Assembly: GCF_006345805.1 (NCBI RefSeq)
Contig: NC_042998.1
Coordinates: 178,746,001-178,810,000 of the forward strand
Length of the DNA: 64,000 nt
Source of the DNA: Octopus sinensis
Lineage: Eukaryota
Direction: 5' to 3'
This document shows positions 38,612 through 54,130 of the stretch, piece by piece. A program made the position numbers and the translations under genes. The notes below the pieces were generated by a model. That model worked only from the letters and a program-made list of their open reading frames with translations. It was not told the DNA's origin and did no database searches. Positions within the stretch are counted from its first letter, which is position 1; each line of letters starts with the position of its first letter.

Positions 38612-39439
38612 TTTTGCCATCACATAACTAGAAGTAGGAGGGCAGCTCTCTGACCTTTTTCAGGGCTTCCGAAACACATGGGAGGAAGAAAAGGAGTTAT
38701 CCTTAGACCATGATCTTGCTCAGAAGGCTTGCAACAGAATGGACACTGCTAAATCACCCAACGGCCAAATAGTAATTTAAATCAAGATAAAGGATTAAGT
38801 CTCCTACATGTTTCTGCATTGTTTCCATCTAGCAAATTTGATTCAAAGGTTTGGTCAACTAAAAGCTTTGGTAGAAGACACTTGCCCAAGGTGTCACTCT
38901 GTGAGACTGAACTCTAAACCAGGTAACTGCAAAACTAACTTCATAACCAAACAGACATGCCAGCACTCCAGCTCAAGATAAACAAATCTCAGTCAATAAG
39001 TACATATAATATATATGTGGCTGGGGTACTCTGTCAGTTATGATGACAAGTATTCTAGTTGATTTGATCAATAGCCTATTCATGAAATTTACTTGCAAGT
39101 GGCTGAGCACTCCACAGACATGTGTACTCTTAATGAAGTTCTCAGGGAGATTCAGTGTGATAGACTGAATGGGACAAGGCTGGTCCTTTGAGCTACAGGT
39201 ACATTTAATTTTTGCCAGCTGATTTGGAGCACTGTGAAATAAAGTGTCTTATTCAAGGACACAACACATCACCAGGAATCAAACACACAACCTTAGTGTA
39301 TTCAGCTCACATGGTAGCTTAACCTATGAGAAAAAGCAGCCAAATTTCCTACGATCTTTAAAGTACACCTTATCAGCATAATAAAAATAGACTAATTGAT
39401 GATGTACTTTTAGGTACAGAATTTCTGGTTTAAAAAATA
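38612..39439. repeat. Composite duplicate: B direct (38612-39017) plus A inverted (39018-39439)
   Basis: Base-by-base comparison with 31625-32030 and 30898-31319 shows only scattered substitutions. Confidence 0.9.
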
Positions 39440-41056
39440 ACACAAATGTGAAGACAGTTCTGCTGTATGCATGTGAAAAATAGTGAATTACAAAGTTCAC
39501 CATTGACAACCTCCAGATGTTTGTGAATAGAAATCTCTGGAACATTCTTCAGATGAGATGACAAAACAGACTCACATATAAGCCTTGTAGGAATCAGTAA
39601 ACCGTAACCAGTGGAGTGGCTTTGTTATTTTATTGTAATGAATGAAAACCTGGAGATATTTTATGGAACAGTATCAGATCTATAGTGAGTAGATGTATAT
39701 GTGTTACAAAGTTGGTGAATATGGTTGGAAGAATTCGGTATTGTGAAAGGGTAACTATCTCTCCTGGTAATGTCATATCATACAGAAGTCTCACTGTTAT
39801 GCCTCCAAATCCATCCTTTATCATAGAGTGGATGCAATTGAGCCTCACACTGAATGAAGCAAAGTTGTTCTCTGGTTTTCGTTGATATTAGTCCAAATAA
39901 CGTTTACTGATATCAACTTCTTGTGTATATCAGATGGAAGGCTGTGACAGAAAACAGAGTGCATTGAAGATCGTGTAATACTGCTTCGTTTAGACTCAAA
40001 ATGATGTTCATTATCAGTGGAAATATCACACCAAATATGTCCACCTGAATAAGAAAGAAGCACTTGCTGAAATAACAAAACAGATTATGAATTACATAGC
40101 TCAGAGAACTTCTCATCATTCCTCTGATCACTTGCTATCTGTTCAATGGCAATAGAAGGATCAAATGAATCCAGTTGTGTACATAAAAGTGCATCTTCTG
40201 TTACATTACCATTTTCTTGGATGTACCCTGATGTCAGTAACTGACTCTGAAATACAGTTGAAGTGAAAGAGCATGCACCAGAGATTTAAGGTCTGCATAG
40301 ATGGTGAATGCAGCCATGTAACATGGCAAAAGAACATCATAAGCAAGGAAGGTTGCAAGTAATTCTCATTTGAACATGCTAGAAGAAATAAAATGAACAG
40401 TCTCAGCCAAATTATTTTTCACTCTCCTCAAGAAACAAAATTTGTATGCATCATTGGACATGCCATGAATATAATGACATATTCACTACATATATGAGAT
40501 TTAGGTGCTCAACTACTGACCACATCATATATCCATGAGGTCAAACCTTAATGTGGCTCATGCACTCAGCCAGGCAGATACACACACACACACATCACTC
40601 TGCCTCTGGACATCTTAATACTGTTACACCTCGCTTCTACTAACCTATGAGTTCCACCCTCACACACAAAGACATATACTACCATCTTACATAGCACTCT
40701 CTAGTATACAAACCTGCTACTGACAACCTGCACACACACACACACACATAGAAAAACATATATACACATACAAACTCCACACACACAATGACCATATTTG
40801 CACACTCCTGCCTTCAAAAACCATATTCTCTATTTCTCTCCAACTTCCGGTTAGTTATGTTTTTTGACCATGTAACGACATACATGCTTTTCTCTGAACT
40901 ATCTTCTCCTTCCTCCTTTTCCTCTACTCTGGGCTTTTTTCCTCTATCTAACAAAGAGTCATTTGTACTCTTTTCCATCTAAAACTAGATTTAATCTAAT
41001 ATATTCATTGTGTAAATCCAATTGATTTTCTTGTATTTTTTATCTCACGGATTGGC

Positions 41057-41102
<46 letters not shown>

Positions 41103-41221
41103 CGGAAATATACAGAAAAACCAAAAGACGAAGACAGGTGTATAAACAACATGCAGGTGTACTAATTTGATGCTCAGGAAGCTGAGAAAGTCTTTTACAT
41201 TTCAATATATATATATATGTA

Positions 41222-41279
<58 letters not shown>

Positions 41280-42199
41280 TATATATATATGTGGACTTGG
41301 AGAAGATCTGATAAGCCAAGTCAGATTGTAGCTATGGCCTATGGCAGTGTCACATAACCAGCCCATTTAAGAGTACCCTTCAATCAATGGGCAATATGCT
41401 GTGCTTGAAAAGACCAGTTGAGTCAAATGAAATTGTTGTCATGGCCAGTGCCAATACCACCTGACTGGTACGTAAAAAGCACTATTTGAGCATGGTCGAT
41501 GCCAGTGCCACCTAACTGGCTTCTGTGCTAGCGATATGTAAAAAGCACCCACTACACTCTTGGGAGTGGTTGACATTAGGCAGGGCATTCAGCTGTAGAA
41601 ACCTTGCCAGATCAGATCGGAGCCTGGTGCAGCCTCCTGGCTTTCCAAATCACAGCAGCACTGGCGATACAAATACATACCAGTGTTTAGTTTCCATGTT
41701 TCTTTACATCAAAACCATCAGAACAATGGTCCATTTGTTTACACATCCTGTAAATATTAAGTCCCACAACTTTGTAATTTTCATGTGAAGAGCAACAAAA
41801 TTTAAAAAAAAAAAACCTCACTTGAAATACCAAAAGAAGAGAATCCAGCCACAGAATACTACTTCACTAATACACATCCAACACATGCCAGCAGGGAAAA
41901 TGATGTAGAAATGTTGATGACGATGATGGCAATGATGCAATTAGCCAGAGTGCTCTCCTCATATTGATTCACAATGTTTCAGCTGTTGTATGCTCCAGCC
42001 TTCTTTAGGTGTCTTCTGATTCACCTTAATGCCTTGCCTGGGACTGAACTCAAAACCTTTGAGGTGACTGCACTGCATTAACCAATGTATTTATCCACTA
42101 TGCTACGCCCATAGGCGGTGTCAGAGTGAATTTTTAAGGCTTAAACCACCTCCATTGATGATTTACATAAATTCTATAGCAATTAGATAATACAATTTT

Positions 42200-42790
42200 G
42201 TATTTTCTGAGATGCTGGTGGCACATAGAAAGCACCCAGCACACTTCACTGAGTGGTTGTCATTAGGAAGCGCATCCAGCCATAGAAAGCATGCCACAAC
42301 AGAGAGTTGTAGTCTGGACAGGTTCCTGTCAAACTGTCCGACCCATGCCAATATAGAAAGAGGATGCTAAACAATGATAAGGATGATGTATATTTGTATG
42401 TATGTATGTATGTATATATGTGTATATATATGTATGTGTGTATATGTATGCATGTATATGTATATATATATGTATGTGTGTGTATATATATATGTGTGTG
42501 CATGTTATATATGTGTGTGTATATATATGTATATATATGTATATGTGTAAAGCTCCAACCGATCGTGGCCGATGCCAGACCCCCTGGCACCTGTGCAGGT
42601 GGCACGTAAAAAGCACCCACTACACTCGCAGAGTGGTTGGCGTTAGGAAGAGCATCCAGCTGTAGAAACTCTGCCAGATCAGACTGGAGCCTGGTGCAGC
42701 CCCTGGCTTCCCAGACCCTGGTCGAACCATCCAACCCGTGCTAGCGCGGAAAACGGACGCTAAATGATGATGATAATGATGATGATGATG
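42200..42790 (+). mobile_element. Two (GAT)n-tailed RTE 3'-end repeats flanking a microsatellite
   Basis: Tails end at about 42390 and 42790. Confidence 0.75.
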
Positions 42791-43139
42791 TATTTAGAGT
42801 GTGTGTGTGTGTAAATATATAGAAAAAATATATATATGTATATGTGTATATATGAGTATGTATATATATATATATATGTGTGTGTGTACAGATATATATA
42901 TATATATATATATATATATCATTCTTCAATATCCACTCATTTACAATTATTACATGAAATCAAGACAAGGAGACACAAATGCACATACACACACATGCAC
43001 ATGAACTTACAAAGCAGCCATATGGCTAAAATGTGAAGTTCTCAAGAAAACAACCATGTTTGTGCCTCCACACACACATTAGTAGAGGTACACCAAGGAA
43101 AGATGCTGAATTGGCTTAGCAAGAATGGACTATTACATA

Positions 43140-43273
43140 CATACAGATATATATATATGTATATATATATGTATATATATATGTATATATGTTATATATA
43201 TATATATATGTATATATGTATATACATACATAAATGTATGTGTGTATATATATATACATACATGTATGTGTAT

Positions 43274-43331
<58 letters not shown>

Positions 43332-43409
43332 CATACATGTATGTGTATATATATATATATATACATATACATACATAAATGTATGTATGTATATATATAT
43401 ATATATATA

Positions 43410-43441
<32 letters not shown>

Positions 43442-43602
43442 ATATATGTATATATATATATGTATATGTGTATATATGTATATATATGTATATATGTATA
43501 TATATATATATATGTGTATATGCATATTTTACATATATGTATATGTATATTTACATATATGTATTTGTGTGTGTATATATATATATATATATATACACAC
43601 AC

Positions 43603-43666
<64 letters not shown>

Positions 43667-43680
43667 ATACACATATATGT
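43140..43680. repeat. Compound (TA)n/(TATG)n microsatellite
   Basis: About 540 bp of interrupted TA repeats. Confidence 0.95.
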
Positions 43681-44001
43681 ATAACATCACAGTCTCATAG
43701 TTTGATAAATTATAATCATATTCATGATAATTACCCTCAGACATTTAGACAGTTAATACAGGGGTCCGTTTTAAGATTAGAACGTCTGCATGTAATTAAA
43801 CATGCTACAACATTTCTAAGCTTCCATGCAGTTTACTGATATTGTATTGAAGTAATTCATTTGCCTCGTGTGCTTGCTGGTTAGATGTAAAATGTTATGT
43901 TTTAATTAATAAATTTCATAACTAAATGAAGCCTGGTTCTTAAAATTCAAAGACTTTGCATTAAATTCTACTCTTCTTGTTCTCTCTCTCTCTCACACAC
44001 A

Positions 44002-44034
<33 letters not shown>

Positions 44035-44419
44035 ATATATACATGATAAAAGCATAAGCTTATAGATGAATGATTGATAATCACATATTCGAAATGTTCG
44101 ATAGACACACTCACCTGGTTTTATAGATTTAGATTCTTTCTCTTAAAGCTGCCCAGCCAAATGACATGAAGTATAGAACTTATTGCCGATGATAAAAACA
44201 GGCAGGAAGTGTGGTGGAATTCAAAGAGAGAAAGAAATTATTGAACATGTGTCTTGTGTCTTCTGTGTAGGTGTAAGTGTAGGTGTGGGTGTGGGTGTCG
44301 AATATATAACCGTGCGCACGTGCAACTGTCAGTGTGGGTGCAAATATATGCCAGCATGTGTATGTATGTGTATGTGTGTAGCCATCCATGTGTGTGCATC
44401 TATCTGCATATATGTGAGA

Positions 44420-44432
44420 ATGTGATTGTGTG

Positions 44433-44475
<43 letters not shown>

Positions 44476-44850
44476 TCTGTACATGACTGTGTTTTTATGT
44501 GTGCATCTGTAACTAGATATATATGTCAACATCACTTAAGGTCCAAATTCCATGTTGTTCTTGTTGTGTGTGTGTGTGTATGTGTGTGTGTGTGCCTGTG
44601 TGTGCATGTGTATGTGTGTGTATGTGTGTGTGCCTGTGTGTGTATGTGTATGTGTGTGTATGTGTATGTGTCTGTGTGTGTATGTGTGTATGTGTCTGTG
44701 TATGTGTGTGTATGTGTGTGCATGTGTGTGTGCCTGTGTGTGTGTATGTGTGTGTGTGTGTGTGTGTGTGAGTGTATGTGTGTGTGTGTGAGTGTATGTC
44801 TGTGTGTGTCTGTGTGTGTGTATGTATGTGTGTGTGTGTGTGTGCGTGCG
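44420..44850. repeat. Cryptic (TG)n microsatellite
   Basis: About 430 bp of interrupted TG repeats. Confidence 0.95.
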
Positions 44851-46104
44851 CCCTAGTAGAGAAGGTGAAAGTAAGGAATTGAGATAAACAGAGAATAGAT
44901 TATATACAAGGATCCTGAGTTGATTACATTTTTAAATATTAGTTGTTGCCATTACTGTTGTTGACATTCTTTATCTATTTCAAGTTTTTAACATTGTTCC
45001 TTGAGTGTGTAAATATTGTTCTGATATTGCTGAGAATTATGCTGTGAGATGTCGGGCCTTGTGATCTGTCACAAAGTAACAAAATCCAAACTAAAGTAAG
45101 AAAACAACTAAGACAAGAAGAGTCTTTGACATGACTTCACCTTTAGATTGTAACTTTCACCAGGATTACACAAAAGAAAAAAGCCTGTACGTGGTTGCAT
45201 GTCCTGCTAGAAATAACAGCCAGATATCCATTAATCGTGTTGCAATTTTAAATGAGGAAAGCACACATTAGATAATGAAGTCCCAAACATTCCTAAAAAA
45301 TTATGGGATTGTCACAGCTGGAATACTTTTTTATTATAGCCCCTCTTGATCAGAGTTAATCTGGAGTTAAAAAAAAATAAACAACTATTTCCCAATAAAC
45401 CAACAAGAGAGCTTTGCTAGAAATAGCAGCTAGATGTATTTCAAATTACACTCTACCTTCTTGGAAAAGGAGGGACGCATGAGATATTTTTTGTCACATT
45501 GGTCGCCAAAATCAAAGATTTGTTTAAAAGTATTTTAAAAGCTGATGACAGACATGGAAACATGTATACATGTGTATATGATATTCTTGGTTACTTGAAT
45601 AGAATATAAGAACAGAATCATCATCATCATTTAGCATCAATTTTCTATGCTGGCATGGGTTAGATGGTTTGACTGGAACTGGTAAGCCAGAGAACTGTAC
45701 CAGGCTCCAGTCTGATTTTGGTTCGGTTTCTGTAGCTGGATGCCCTTCCTAATGCCAACCACTTCAAGTGGTGTAGTAGGTGCCTTATCTGTGTCACTGG
45801 CACAGGTGCATTTTAAGTGTCATTGGCACAAGATAAAAATAAAAGAATAAAAAAATAAAAGATAGCAAAAGAAATTAAGCTATACGACTGTAGTGACCTA
45901 GATTATGACCTTTAAGTAAATTTATGTAAAGGTCATTGCTTAGGTCACAACTATATTTCTTCATTTGGTTATTTTTTTTCTATCTCCTAGTATTTCATAT
46001 TTTTTACCTTTATATGTCCACTCATTAGGTAATGAAATGACATCCTTAGGCATATAGCTAAAGGGACTGCAAATTATAAAATGCAACCGATGCATATAAA
46101 TGCA

Positions 46105-47228
46105 TGTGCCGGTGGCACGTAAAAAGCACCATCCGATCATGGCCGTTGCCAGCCTCCTCTGGCCCCTGTGCCAGTGGCACATAAAAAGCACCCACTACAC
46201 GCATGGAGTGGTTGGCACTAGGAAGGGCATCCAGCTGTAGAAACACTGCCAGATCAGACTGGAGCCTGGTGCAGCCTCCTGGCTTCCCAGACCCCAGTTG
46301 AACCATCCAATCCATGCTAGCAAGGAAAATGGACGTTAAACGATGATGATGATGATGATGATGATGTGTCATATATATATTGAAGTTTACATTTGATACT
46401 TGTGCCGGTGGCACGTAAAAAGCACCGTCTGAACAAGGCCGATGCCAGTGCCACCTTGACTGCCTTCTGTGCCGGTGACACGTAAAAAGCACCAACCGAT
46501 CGTTGCCACTGCCAGCCTCCCCTGGCACCTGTGCCAGTGGCACGTAAAAAGCACCATCCAAATGTGGCCGATACCAGTGCCGCCTTGACTGGCTTCTGTG
46601 TCGGTGGCACGTAAAAAGCACCAACCGATCGTGGCCGTTGCTAGCCTCCTCTGGCCCCTGTGCCAGTGGCACATAAAAAACACCCACTACACTCATGGAG
46701 TGGTTGGCGCTAGGAAGAGCATCCAGCTGTAGAAACACTGCCAGATCAGACTGGAGCCTGGTGCAGCCTCCTGGCTTCCCAGACCCCAGTCGAACCATCC
46801 AATCCATGCTAGCATGAAAAACGGATGTTAAACGATGATGATGATGACATGTCATATATATATTGAAGTTTACATTTGATACCTGTGCCAGTGGCATGTA
46901 AAAAGCACCATCCGAACGTGGCCAATGCCAGCGCCGCCTTTTCTGTGTCGGTGGCACGTAAAAAGCACCAACCGATCATGGCCACTGCCAGCCTCCCCTG
47001 GCACCTGTGCCGGTGGCACGTAAAAAGCACCCACTACACCCACGGAGTGGTTGGCATTAGGAAGGGCATCAAGCTGTAGAAACACTGCCAGATCAGACTG
47101 GAGCCTGGTGCAGCCTCCTGGCTTCCCAGACCCCAGTCAAACCATCCAATCCATGTTTGCATGGAAAACGGACATTAAACGATGATGATGATGATGAGGT
47201 GTCATATATATATTGAAGTTTACATATG
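46105..47228 (+). repeat. Tandem triplication of RTE tail plus 3' flank
   Basis: Units 46105-46400, 46401-46883 and 46884-47228 each end (GAT)n + gtcatatatatattgaagtttacat. Confidence 0.9.
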
Positions 47229-48189
47229 ACTTGCAAGATATTTCATCTTGGAGACAGCAAGCCTGCTTCCAGAATTATGTTATGACAAGTGGGAAAAAGG
47301 AAATGACAATCAAGAAAATGACCATGTTCAGGAGTTGCTAGAAATTCCATACTGCATGCTCAGTTGTTAAAGTACATGGGAACCACTGGCAAGCTGACAT
47401 GGAAGACAGGTTTCATGTGGGTTAGATGTACTGGAGTAGTTAGTAAAGTGTGAATATATGGGAAATAAATTTTTTAAAAGGACTTTAAAAGTAGGTGACA
47501 CAATTAATAGTATATAAGGGTTGCAAAACAAGATAATATCATCAAAACAAGATAATATCATAAGATAATATTTTAAAACATTGAATACTGTTCCCTTTGG
47601 TTCATAAATTCATGTTCATATGCAGACAGACATATAGAGTGTCTGAAACTTAAATGTAATACCCATTGTTCACACAGAATATCAAGTATTTATTCATTCT
47701 CTTTTCAGATACCGAGCAAGACCCTTTCTCAGAATTTTTTACCTACTGTTACTAACTAGAGCTTTGGCGCTTTGGTTCTTTTCATGATGATCATTCTTTG
47801 GGATTTACAATTACAACATTAAAAAAATATAAAAAATAAAAATAAATGAATAAAAAAATAATAATAATGAAAAGTTTCTTTTATGACTAAATGCCAGACG
47901 AGGATTAATAAAAAAAAAAATAACATAACATATTCTCTCTCTCTCATTTATATACCTCACAAACACATAGTTTGAAATGCATCCCTCTGTCCAACTGAGA
48001 GCACTCACAACTGATTATGATAGTTTAACAACTTGTTTTGAGTGAGAATTTTTTTCTCTGTGACAAACAGCAGGGACAAGCCGTTAAAGGCTCAAATAAC
48101 TTTCAAACATATTTATACTGCCTTTAATCCCTACATATTTTTTTTCCTCTCTGTTGTTTTCATTCTCTCTCCATTTTTTCCTCTCAACC

Positions 48190-48320
48190 CTTCCTGTTGA
48201 AGAGCATAGGCTCTAAACATTGAAGACTTTTCCTTTCTTCCCAAGTGTCAAACTAATACACCTGCTTGTTGTTCCTTCACCTGTTTTCATCTTTTGTTTT
48301 CTGTAAATTTGAACTATATA
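48190..48320 (+). repeat. Penelope-tail-like repeat (family C) beginning with a degenerate minimal hammerhead
   Basis: cttc CUGUUGA a gagc-atag-gctc uAAAC att gaag (48190-48225). A reverse-strand fragment of the same tail lies at about 41105-41190. Confidence 0.5.
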
Positions 48321-48326
48321 CACACA

Positions 48327-48541
48327 CACGACGGGGAGCTGAAAATTTCCTGGCTTTAGGTAAAATAAAATACAAGAAAATCAATTAATTATGCTTTTAT
48401 TCAACATATTCCCCTCACAGATTTATTCATTACTGTGGTCCTTCAGTTTTTCTAAGCTCTGTGAAAGAAATTGAAGATTGTGCCTCCAACTAGGCCTTTA
48501 GTGATACCCTTAAAGCCAGGAACTTTTTAGCACCCCTCATA

Positions 48542-48545
<4 letters not shown>
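48327..48545. mobile_element. Tc1/mariner-type MITE
   Basis: Imperfect TIRs acggggagctgaaaatttcctggcttta / taaagccaggaactttttagcacccctc; TA-rich flanks. Confidence 0.65.
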
Positions 48546-48606
<61 letters not shown>

Positions 48607-48624
48607 GTATGTATATTCAGTATC

Positions 48625-49420
48625 ATTATCATCATCAACATCATCATTTAATGTCCATATTCTATACGGACATGGGTTGGATGGTTTAATAGATTCTCCT
48701 GTGCCCAAGGACTGCATCATGCTCCATTGTCTATTTTGGCAAGGTTTCTATGGCTAGAGACCATTCCTAATACCAACCAGTTTACAGCATGGACTGAGAG
48801 CTTTTTTCGTGTTGTCTGCACTGTTGGGATTACCATGCAGCTTGCAGAACAACAAACCCTTGGGTGGAAGTGGGTCAGCTTCATGCTAATGGACAAGGGG
48901 ATTGAACTATGAGAAGCGGGGCAGATCAGATTCTTGTAGAGGATCTGCATGGCTACTCATCTAGTAGGAGCAGAGGAAAGAAAGGGAAACATGAACAGTA
49001 GGAGCTACAAGAGATAGATAATGGCAATGAGGTACCTAGATGGCCCCACAAGGCACAAGATGAGCAGACAAATTGGCTTGCAAGATTGTATGGGAAAGAG
49101 AATGAGGGAAGACAGACTGCCAGAATGGGTAGAGTTGCAGGAGTAAAAAGCAAGTAGCCCATGAGTTGGGGGACACAGAGGGATGCAGAAGAGAGTCCGA
49201 GGAAGGGGGGAAGCAGGAGTGGTAAATATGATACAGCTGTCAGTGGTGTATGGAAGACAAGAGAGAGGGATAACACGGGATGAGGTGCAGGAAGGTGGGG
49301 TGCAGAAAGAAGAAGCAGGCCTAATGCATGGAAGAAGGGATGATGAGCCATTGTAATGTGAGTGGTGAGCACAATACATAGCACTTCCAGAACTCAGTTC
49401 TGCTGACAAGGATGGGTCTT
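48625..49420 (-). mobile_element. Old RTE 3'UTR copy (GA-rich on the plus strand)
   Basis: Diverged (CAT)n tail at 48625-48660 and a purine-rich body analogous to the reverse complement of 14520-15040. Confidence 0.45.
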
Positions 49421-49662
49421 TTCAAGAATCTCTTATTGCCAAAGATCCCAGCCCTATATCAGGTCATCTCATGAGTAATGTTTGAAATCTGATATCTGTG
49501 AGTCAATCACTTTGTTTGTTATTTTAAAATTCCTGACAAGTGACATACATATGACTATAATTTCGTGTAGCTGTCAAATAATAATTTATGCCATTACATT
49601 ATGAATTAGCCACTTCAGTTACTGTTTGAACCTTCCTAAAGATGGTCATCTCTACAAAGCAT

Positions 49663-50680
49663 TTAACTCTTTACCATTTAAACAGACCATATCTGGCCCA
49701 AATAATCTCCCTGTTTCATGTTCAAACTAGCCATGTCCAGTTTCTCACACCTATCCTACAATCATCATCATCATCATCGTTTAACGTCCGTTCTCCATGC
49801 TAGCATGGGTTGGACGGTTCGACCGGGGATCTGGGAAGCCAGAAGGCTGCACCAGGCTCCAATCTTATCTGGCAGTGTTTCTACAGCTGGATGCCCTTCC
49901 TAATGCCAACCACTCCGTGAGTGTAGTGGGTGTTTTTTACGTGCCGCCGGCAACAGCCACGATCGGTGCATTTTACATGCCACCGGCATGGAAGCCAATG
50001 GCTTCAATGTTATTGTAAAATTAACAAGCACATCATTGAAATCTCAAATCTATGAAATAATGCATAATTAACCCCATGACAATGGTTTTTTATCAAGCAA
50101 CTAGGTTGCATTGATGGTAATCATCTCAGCTGAGATCAGCAATTAGCGCACAACAATGGTATGGTTCGGCATATGTTTATGTCAACCACTTTAAAGCATG
50201 CACTGTTTATTTATGGAAACTGTCATCAATGGGCAGAATGGCCCTGCGGTATTACTGCGGAAATAAGATCACTCAACAGCGTTAGAAGGATTTGCTGAAC
50301 ATGTACGAATTTGATAGGATGTCATAGTGGAAATGGTGGTGCAACCATCAAAACTGCTGCTTTTATACTATTATGGTGATGAAGCCTTGACCTGAATTGG
50401 AAATATTCACATGAAGAGTCTAACAAAACCTATCAGATTCCTTGAAATTTGCACAGTAGCCTCTATTATCGATTCCATAAGTAATAGCGGATATTAATGT
50501 CAACCAGTAGACTAACAGGTACAAAACAGCAGCAGATAGGGCTGTGCATATTTTCATCATCTGATTCGAAGTGAGTACACAGCACACATAAATTTACATC
50601 AACTGATGCTATAGGGTTAATTAAAAACAATGTAAATAAACAAGCAATATATTCGAGAGACAGCTGAATGCTAAAGGATT
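49663..50680. mobile_element. piggyBac-type MITE carrying two nested insertions
   Basis: Degenerate ends ttaactctttaccattt / gaatgctaaaggatt. It is interrupted by an RTE tail (about 49762-50005, minus) and by a TTAA element. Confidence 0.55.
50072..50616. mobile_element. Nested piggyBac-type non-autonomous element
   Basis: TTAA (50068-50071) CCCcatgac ... gctataGGG TTAA (50617-50620). Confidence 0.65.
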
Positions 50681-50682
50681 GT

Positions 50683-51590
50683 TATATGATGCTTTATGAA
50701 AAAAAGAATAGCGTGGCAGAAGCAATCCAAGACATTGTGTTTATGGGAAATATTGCTTAAATGAACAAACCAGTGGAAAATTGAAGGGTTTAGGAAAAGT
50801 GATTTCAGTTTAAAAGATGCTCCATGTGTGCGTTGTCTTGTTTGGTTTAATGAAGACCTGCTTTTGTCAGAACTTGATCAAAATACTGCTGGTACAGTTG
50901 AAAGATTTGCCTAGAAACTGAATTCAAGTCATTCAGTAGTTCATTGACATTTGCAATGATCTGGAAAAACTTGAGAAAAAAATGGGTTCCCCAAAATTTC
51001 ACAAAAAACAATTATGCAGAATTAGAGGACATCTGCACTTCTCTTACACTCCTGTGAATGCATATCATCATTTTTCGACAGATGAGTGACTGTTGATGAA
51101 AAATTAATCTTTTATGAGAATTTTAAGTGATGCTGACAATAGCATAGAGAAGACAAACTGGCTAAGCCACAATCCAAAAGAGACTGCCGTTCAAGAAAAG
51201 AGCGGTTAGTGTTTGGTGGGACTGCGTTGATGTGATCCACTTTGAATCCCCACCATTTAATAAAACAATTACAAAAGACACTTATTGTCAGAAGTTAGAA
51301 AGTTTAAACACTTGCTTTGAAGGAAAAGAGACATACCTTAGTGAATCACAAAGGAACAATATTCCATCATGATAATGCATGGCAAAGATCAGAGCTGAAA
51401 TGATTGAAAACCTCAGCTGGGAAAAACTTTCATAGCCTGCTTATTCACTGGACCTTGCTCCACCTAATTACCACCAATTCAGAAGTTTACAGAATCATCC
51501 AGATGAACTACTTCTTAAAATACATGAAGAAGTGGAAACTACCCTCTTCAAATTCTTTTCTATCAAACCAATAAAATTTTACTTCCTATA
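50683..51590 (+). pseudogene. Heavily degraded mariner (DD34D) transposase
   Basis: Remnants of WVP, VTVDEKLIFYEN, VWWDC..VIHFE, FHHDNA and WEKL..PAYSLDLAPPNYHQFRSLQNH across shifting frames. Confidence 0.8.
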
Positions 51591-52424
51591 TTGAATTGGA
51601 ACAGGGGCCTGTCACCAGAGACACATCATAATGCTGAACTCTTTTCACATAAAATACCTCAGCAAAATATGTAACATCAAATGACAAGACAAAGTGCCAA
51701 ATAAACATTTTTTCCAGAAACAAAACTCTAGTATTGTAAAATTTTCTAATGCAAATCTCAATACTACTGGGATGAGTTGAGCTGGTCGCACATTCTACTT
51801 GGTAGAGAGCCATGTAAAATTCATGTCTATAAAGAATATCTCTTACGAGATGCCTTCATTAGTTTTACATTGTCAAAAACACCATCAAGTGATGCCACAA
51901 GTAAATCACCACTCAAAAAAGAGCCTCTAAAACTCAGTGCACCAGAAATCTCTAGGAACCTGAGAGAGAAGTAGCATCTCTATTGTATGGAGTATAGAGT
52001 GCTTCACAAACTGAAATCAATTCAGTCTGTTGTAGTATTACATATTAGTGAAATGCTTGTAGAATCATATGTAAATAAAAAAAAATCTCAACTTGATATT
52101 AGAGATGTGCCAATGTTGACAGCAAAAAATAACTGCTGTGAGTACTTTACCACTTTATATCACAACAGAATGAAAAGTGACCTAGAATGCAAGTCTGTAG
52201 TGGTGTTTATATCATTTCACTGATGTCATGTCTAAACCATTAGATAACAATGACCATCCCGTAACTTTTGCTTTCTCTTTGCTTTAATTTTTTTATACAT
52301 TATTTTTAATTTCTTCTCCTCTTCTTATCCTTCTATATACCTACAAGTAAGACACATTGCACTTTTCAATTAAAAAACATGGAAATAAACATCTCACACC
52401 ATACACACACACACACAATGTGCA

Positions 52425-53500
<1,076 letters not shown>

Positions 53501-53916
53501 ACAAGCAAGGTAAAGAAAAAGTACCAAAATTTGATAGGAAGTGGTACCCAATGTAGAAACTAACATAATAAACCAAAAAGAGAAGTAGTAATTTCAAAAT
53601 TAAAATATGGCTTAAGATGAGATGGCAAAGGATCAAACTAAACAGAAAGATGTTGTAGAGTAAATATATATATATATATGTGTGAGGGATGGTTAGGTAG
53701 GAGGGATCCGAAAGGGGTCTCAGGGAGTAGCATCCCTGCCTTCCTGAGCTAGGTTTCCATCACATTTCTTAAAAATCGTGATTGAGGCCTTAGTCTCAGG
53801 ACCACTCGTGTCTAGAAACTGAGGTTGGGGGGTGAGCAAGGGCATGCTCCCCGTAGAAAATCCAGCTCCAAAAAAGCCTCATGATAGCAACGGAGAATGG
53901 GCACCAGCCAGCTTAA

Positions 53917-54130
53917 CCCTTTCGTTACCAATCCGGCTGAAACCGGCTCTGAGTAAAAATGTCTTGTTTTCATAAGTTTTGAATTAAAATCTTCCACCAA
54001 ACCTTAGTCACAATTTATGCTCCTAACATTAGTCTAATGATAACCAAGTTATTTTACTAAATTCTTCATTATATTTAAAGAAATTAAAAGAAACACAGAG
54101 CATCTCAACAGAAATACAGTAACGAAAGGG
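53917..54130. mobile_element. piggyBac-type MITE
   Basis: Perfect 12-bp TIRs CCCTTTCGTTAC / GTAACGAAAGGG with TTAA duplications at 53913-53916 and 54131-54134. Confidence 0.88.

Noticed and set aside
39450-40450. Cluster of short ORFs suggesting a decayed transposase
   Set aside because: No diagnostic motif could be read; it needs a translated search.
43103-44856. Long YI/CV/HT-rich ORFs (also at 33.4, 42.3 and 52.3-53.1 kb)
   Set aside because: These are translations of (TA)n and (TG)n microsatellites.
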